From a virus (taxonomy: Duplodnaviria; Heunggongvirae; Uroviricota; Caudoviricetes): a stretch of 64,000 nucleotides of DNA. Numbering within the stretch: position 1 is the first letter of the stretch; each line of letters begins with the position of its first letter. Positions 63,138 to 64,000 of the stretch are shown in pieces. The position numbers and the translations under genes were made by a program. The stretch lies in the IMG/VR virus record IMGVR_UViG_3300025936_000018; one strand, 5' to 3'. A model generated the notes under the pieces. It saw only the letters and a list, made by a program, of their open reading frames with translations. It was not told the DNA's origin and ran no database searches.

Positions 63138-63989
63138 TCACGACGACGACCCCACGACGCATTCGGTGCCGCAGCGATCAACGAGGACCGCTGCTTGCAG
63201 GGCGGTGTCCCAGACGGCAACCGAGTAGCGCTCCGCCCGGTACGTGAAAGTGTTCGGCCGGTCGTTCGTGGCGCCGAGCCCACGATCGAGCGCTTCGGCG
63301 CGCGTGTCCGGAGTGGTGAAAATCTCCGAGCGGCGAATGTCGATCGGGCCCGTCGCGTACGCCCACTCTTCGGTCGCCGAGAGAGGGTCGGGCGCGCTCT
63401 CGGGCATTGACGCGCCGACGTAGCCGGCGTCCGGGATGACGACGTTGCCGTTGATCGTCCGGATGACGCCGCTCTTGTCGCTGATCGCGAAGCCCTGGCC
63501 GAGCAGCGCCGTCGCCAGCATCGGCGAGCAGTGGATCACGCCGAGGCGGCCGGTCTCGGCGATCGCCTCCTCGAGGACCTGCACCGCGTGGTTGGGCCGT
63601 GTCGCGGCGGTGCCGTTCGGGAACGTCGCGCCAGAGTCGGCGAAGTAGCGGCCGCCATCGACGTTCTCGCCGCTCATCAGGGCGCGCGCAATGCCGTAGC
63701 TCTCGGTGGCCGCGAGCACGGCGACCGCTCGAGCGCGGAATGCCGCATCGTCGGGCACCTGCTGAGCCGTGCACGAGATCGGCAGGGACAAGGTCAATGC
63801 GCGGAACTCCGGCGGCGCCTTCGCCGTGCCGTCGCTCTTCTCGCCTCGCGTGGACGCCGACGCGCAGGCGTCCCAGCCTTCTGGCACGTCGACCGGGTAC
63901 GGGTAGACCTCGACGGAGTTCAGCCAGCGCTCGCGGCCGGCGTTCGCCGGGACGAACACCTGCATGTCCTCCGTGCCGGCCTGCCGCAT
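63138..63989 (-). CDS. major capsid protein-like (HK97-fold), may extend past the window edge
   Basis: GVIHCSPMLATALLGQGF ... RTINGNVVIPDAGY resemble the MCP C-terminal region; first gene of the structural block; ORF open to the window end. Confidence 0.5.
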   Translation of the reverse strand: MRQAGTEDMQVFVPANAGRERWLNSVEVYPYPVDVPEGWDACASASTRGEKSDGTAKAPPEFRALTLSLPISCTAQQVPDDAAFRARAVAVLAATESYGIARALMSGENVDGGRYFADSGATFPNGTAATRPNHAVQVLEEAIAETGRLGVIHCSPMLATALLGQGFAISDKSGVIRTINGNVVIPDAGYVGASMPESAPDPLSATEEWAYATGPIDIRRSEIFTTPDTRAEALDRGLGATNDRPNTFTYRAERYSVAVWDTALQAAVLVDRCGTECVVGSSS

Positions 63990-64000
63990 CCAGATCGACC

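Larger units (their letters stand above)
1..64000. mobile_element. Segment of a siphovirus-type actinobacteriophage/prophage genome (capsid, tail, lysis, recombination/replication, DNA modification, terminase modules)
   Basis: Contiguous phage modules recognisable by motif: terminase large subunit, tape measure protein, chaperone frameshift pair, endolysin, holin-like proteins, RecT, RuvC-like resolvase, several homing endonucleases. Nearly unidirectional (minus-strand) gene packing with overlapping stop/start codons. Confidence 0.85.

Noticed and set aside
1-64000. Integrase, attachment site or direct repeats marking prophage ends
   Set aside because: None recognisable in this window. Terminase lies downstream of the replication genes while capsid genes are at the opposite edge, consistent with a permuted or circular representation whose ends lie outside or cannot be placed by eye.

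Overview
The window is a high-GC (about 68-70%) segment of a siphovirus-type actinobacteriophage or prophage genome. Nearly every gene is on the minus strand, frequently joined by ATGA/GTGA/TAGTG stop-start overlaps that suggest translational coupling.

Reading the minus strand from coordinate 64000 downward, the gene order is:
- major capsid protein (at the window edge) and head/neck genes
- tail genes, including the G/G-T chaperone pair (probable -1 frameshift), tape measure protein and minor tail protein
- lysis cassette: endolysin with peptidoglycan-binding and M15 peptidase domains, plus holin-like membrane proteins
- recombination and replication genes: SAP-RecT, SWIM zinc-finger protein, RuvC-like resolvase, HTH initiator
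- a DNA-modification-rich region
- an HNH - small terminase - large terminase packaging module
- an accessory region with an MmcB-like nuclease, an SPFH/band-7 protein and small Cys-rich proteins.

Only three genes are on the plus strand:
- a signal-peptide lytic-transglycosylase-like gene beside the lysis genes
- an HNH homing endonuclease embedded between the tape measure and chaperone genes
- a freestanding GIY-YIG endonuclease in the structural module.

The most notable points are:
1. An unusually dense DNA-modification repertoire: four methyltransferases plus an operon of a PAPS-reductase-like PP-loop enzyme, a P-loop ATPase with tandem winged helices and a DUF5131 Cys-cluster protein. 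This may be an undescribed DNA-modification system.
2. A G9 homopolymer that splits one methyltransferase gene from its conserved N-terminus, suggesting a phase-variable switch.
3. A 95-bp nested dyad-symmetric element between the HNH and small terminase genes, a candidate cos/pac site.
4. Two consecutive giant beta-propeller tail proteins, one with BNR/Asp-box repeats and one with YVTN repeats.
5. A structural protein built from about 18 tandem 14-aa (42-bp) LPYETL repeats.
6. A recurring TAGTAY..TCGTAC leaderless-promoter-like motif immediately upstream of several start codons.
7. A phage-encoded HD-domain small-alarmone-hydrolase-like gene and a minimal S2P/M50-like protease.

All functional calls rest on motif-level recognition by eye; no database searches were run.
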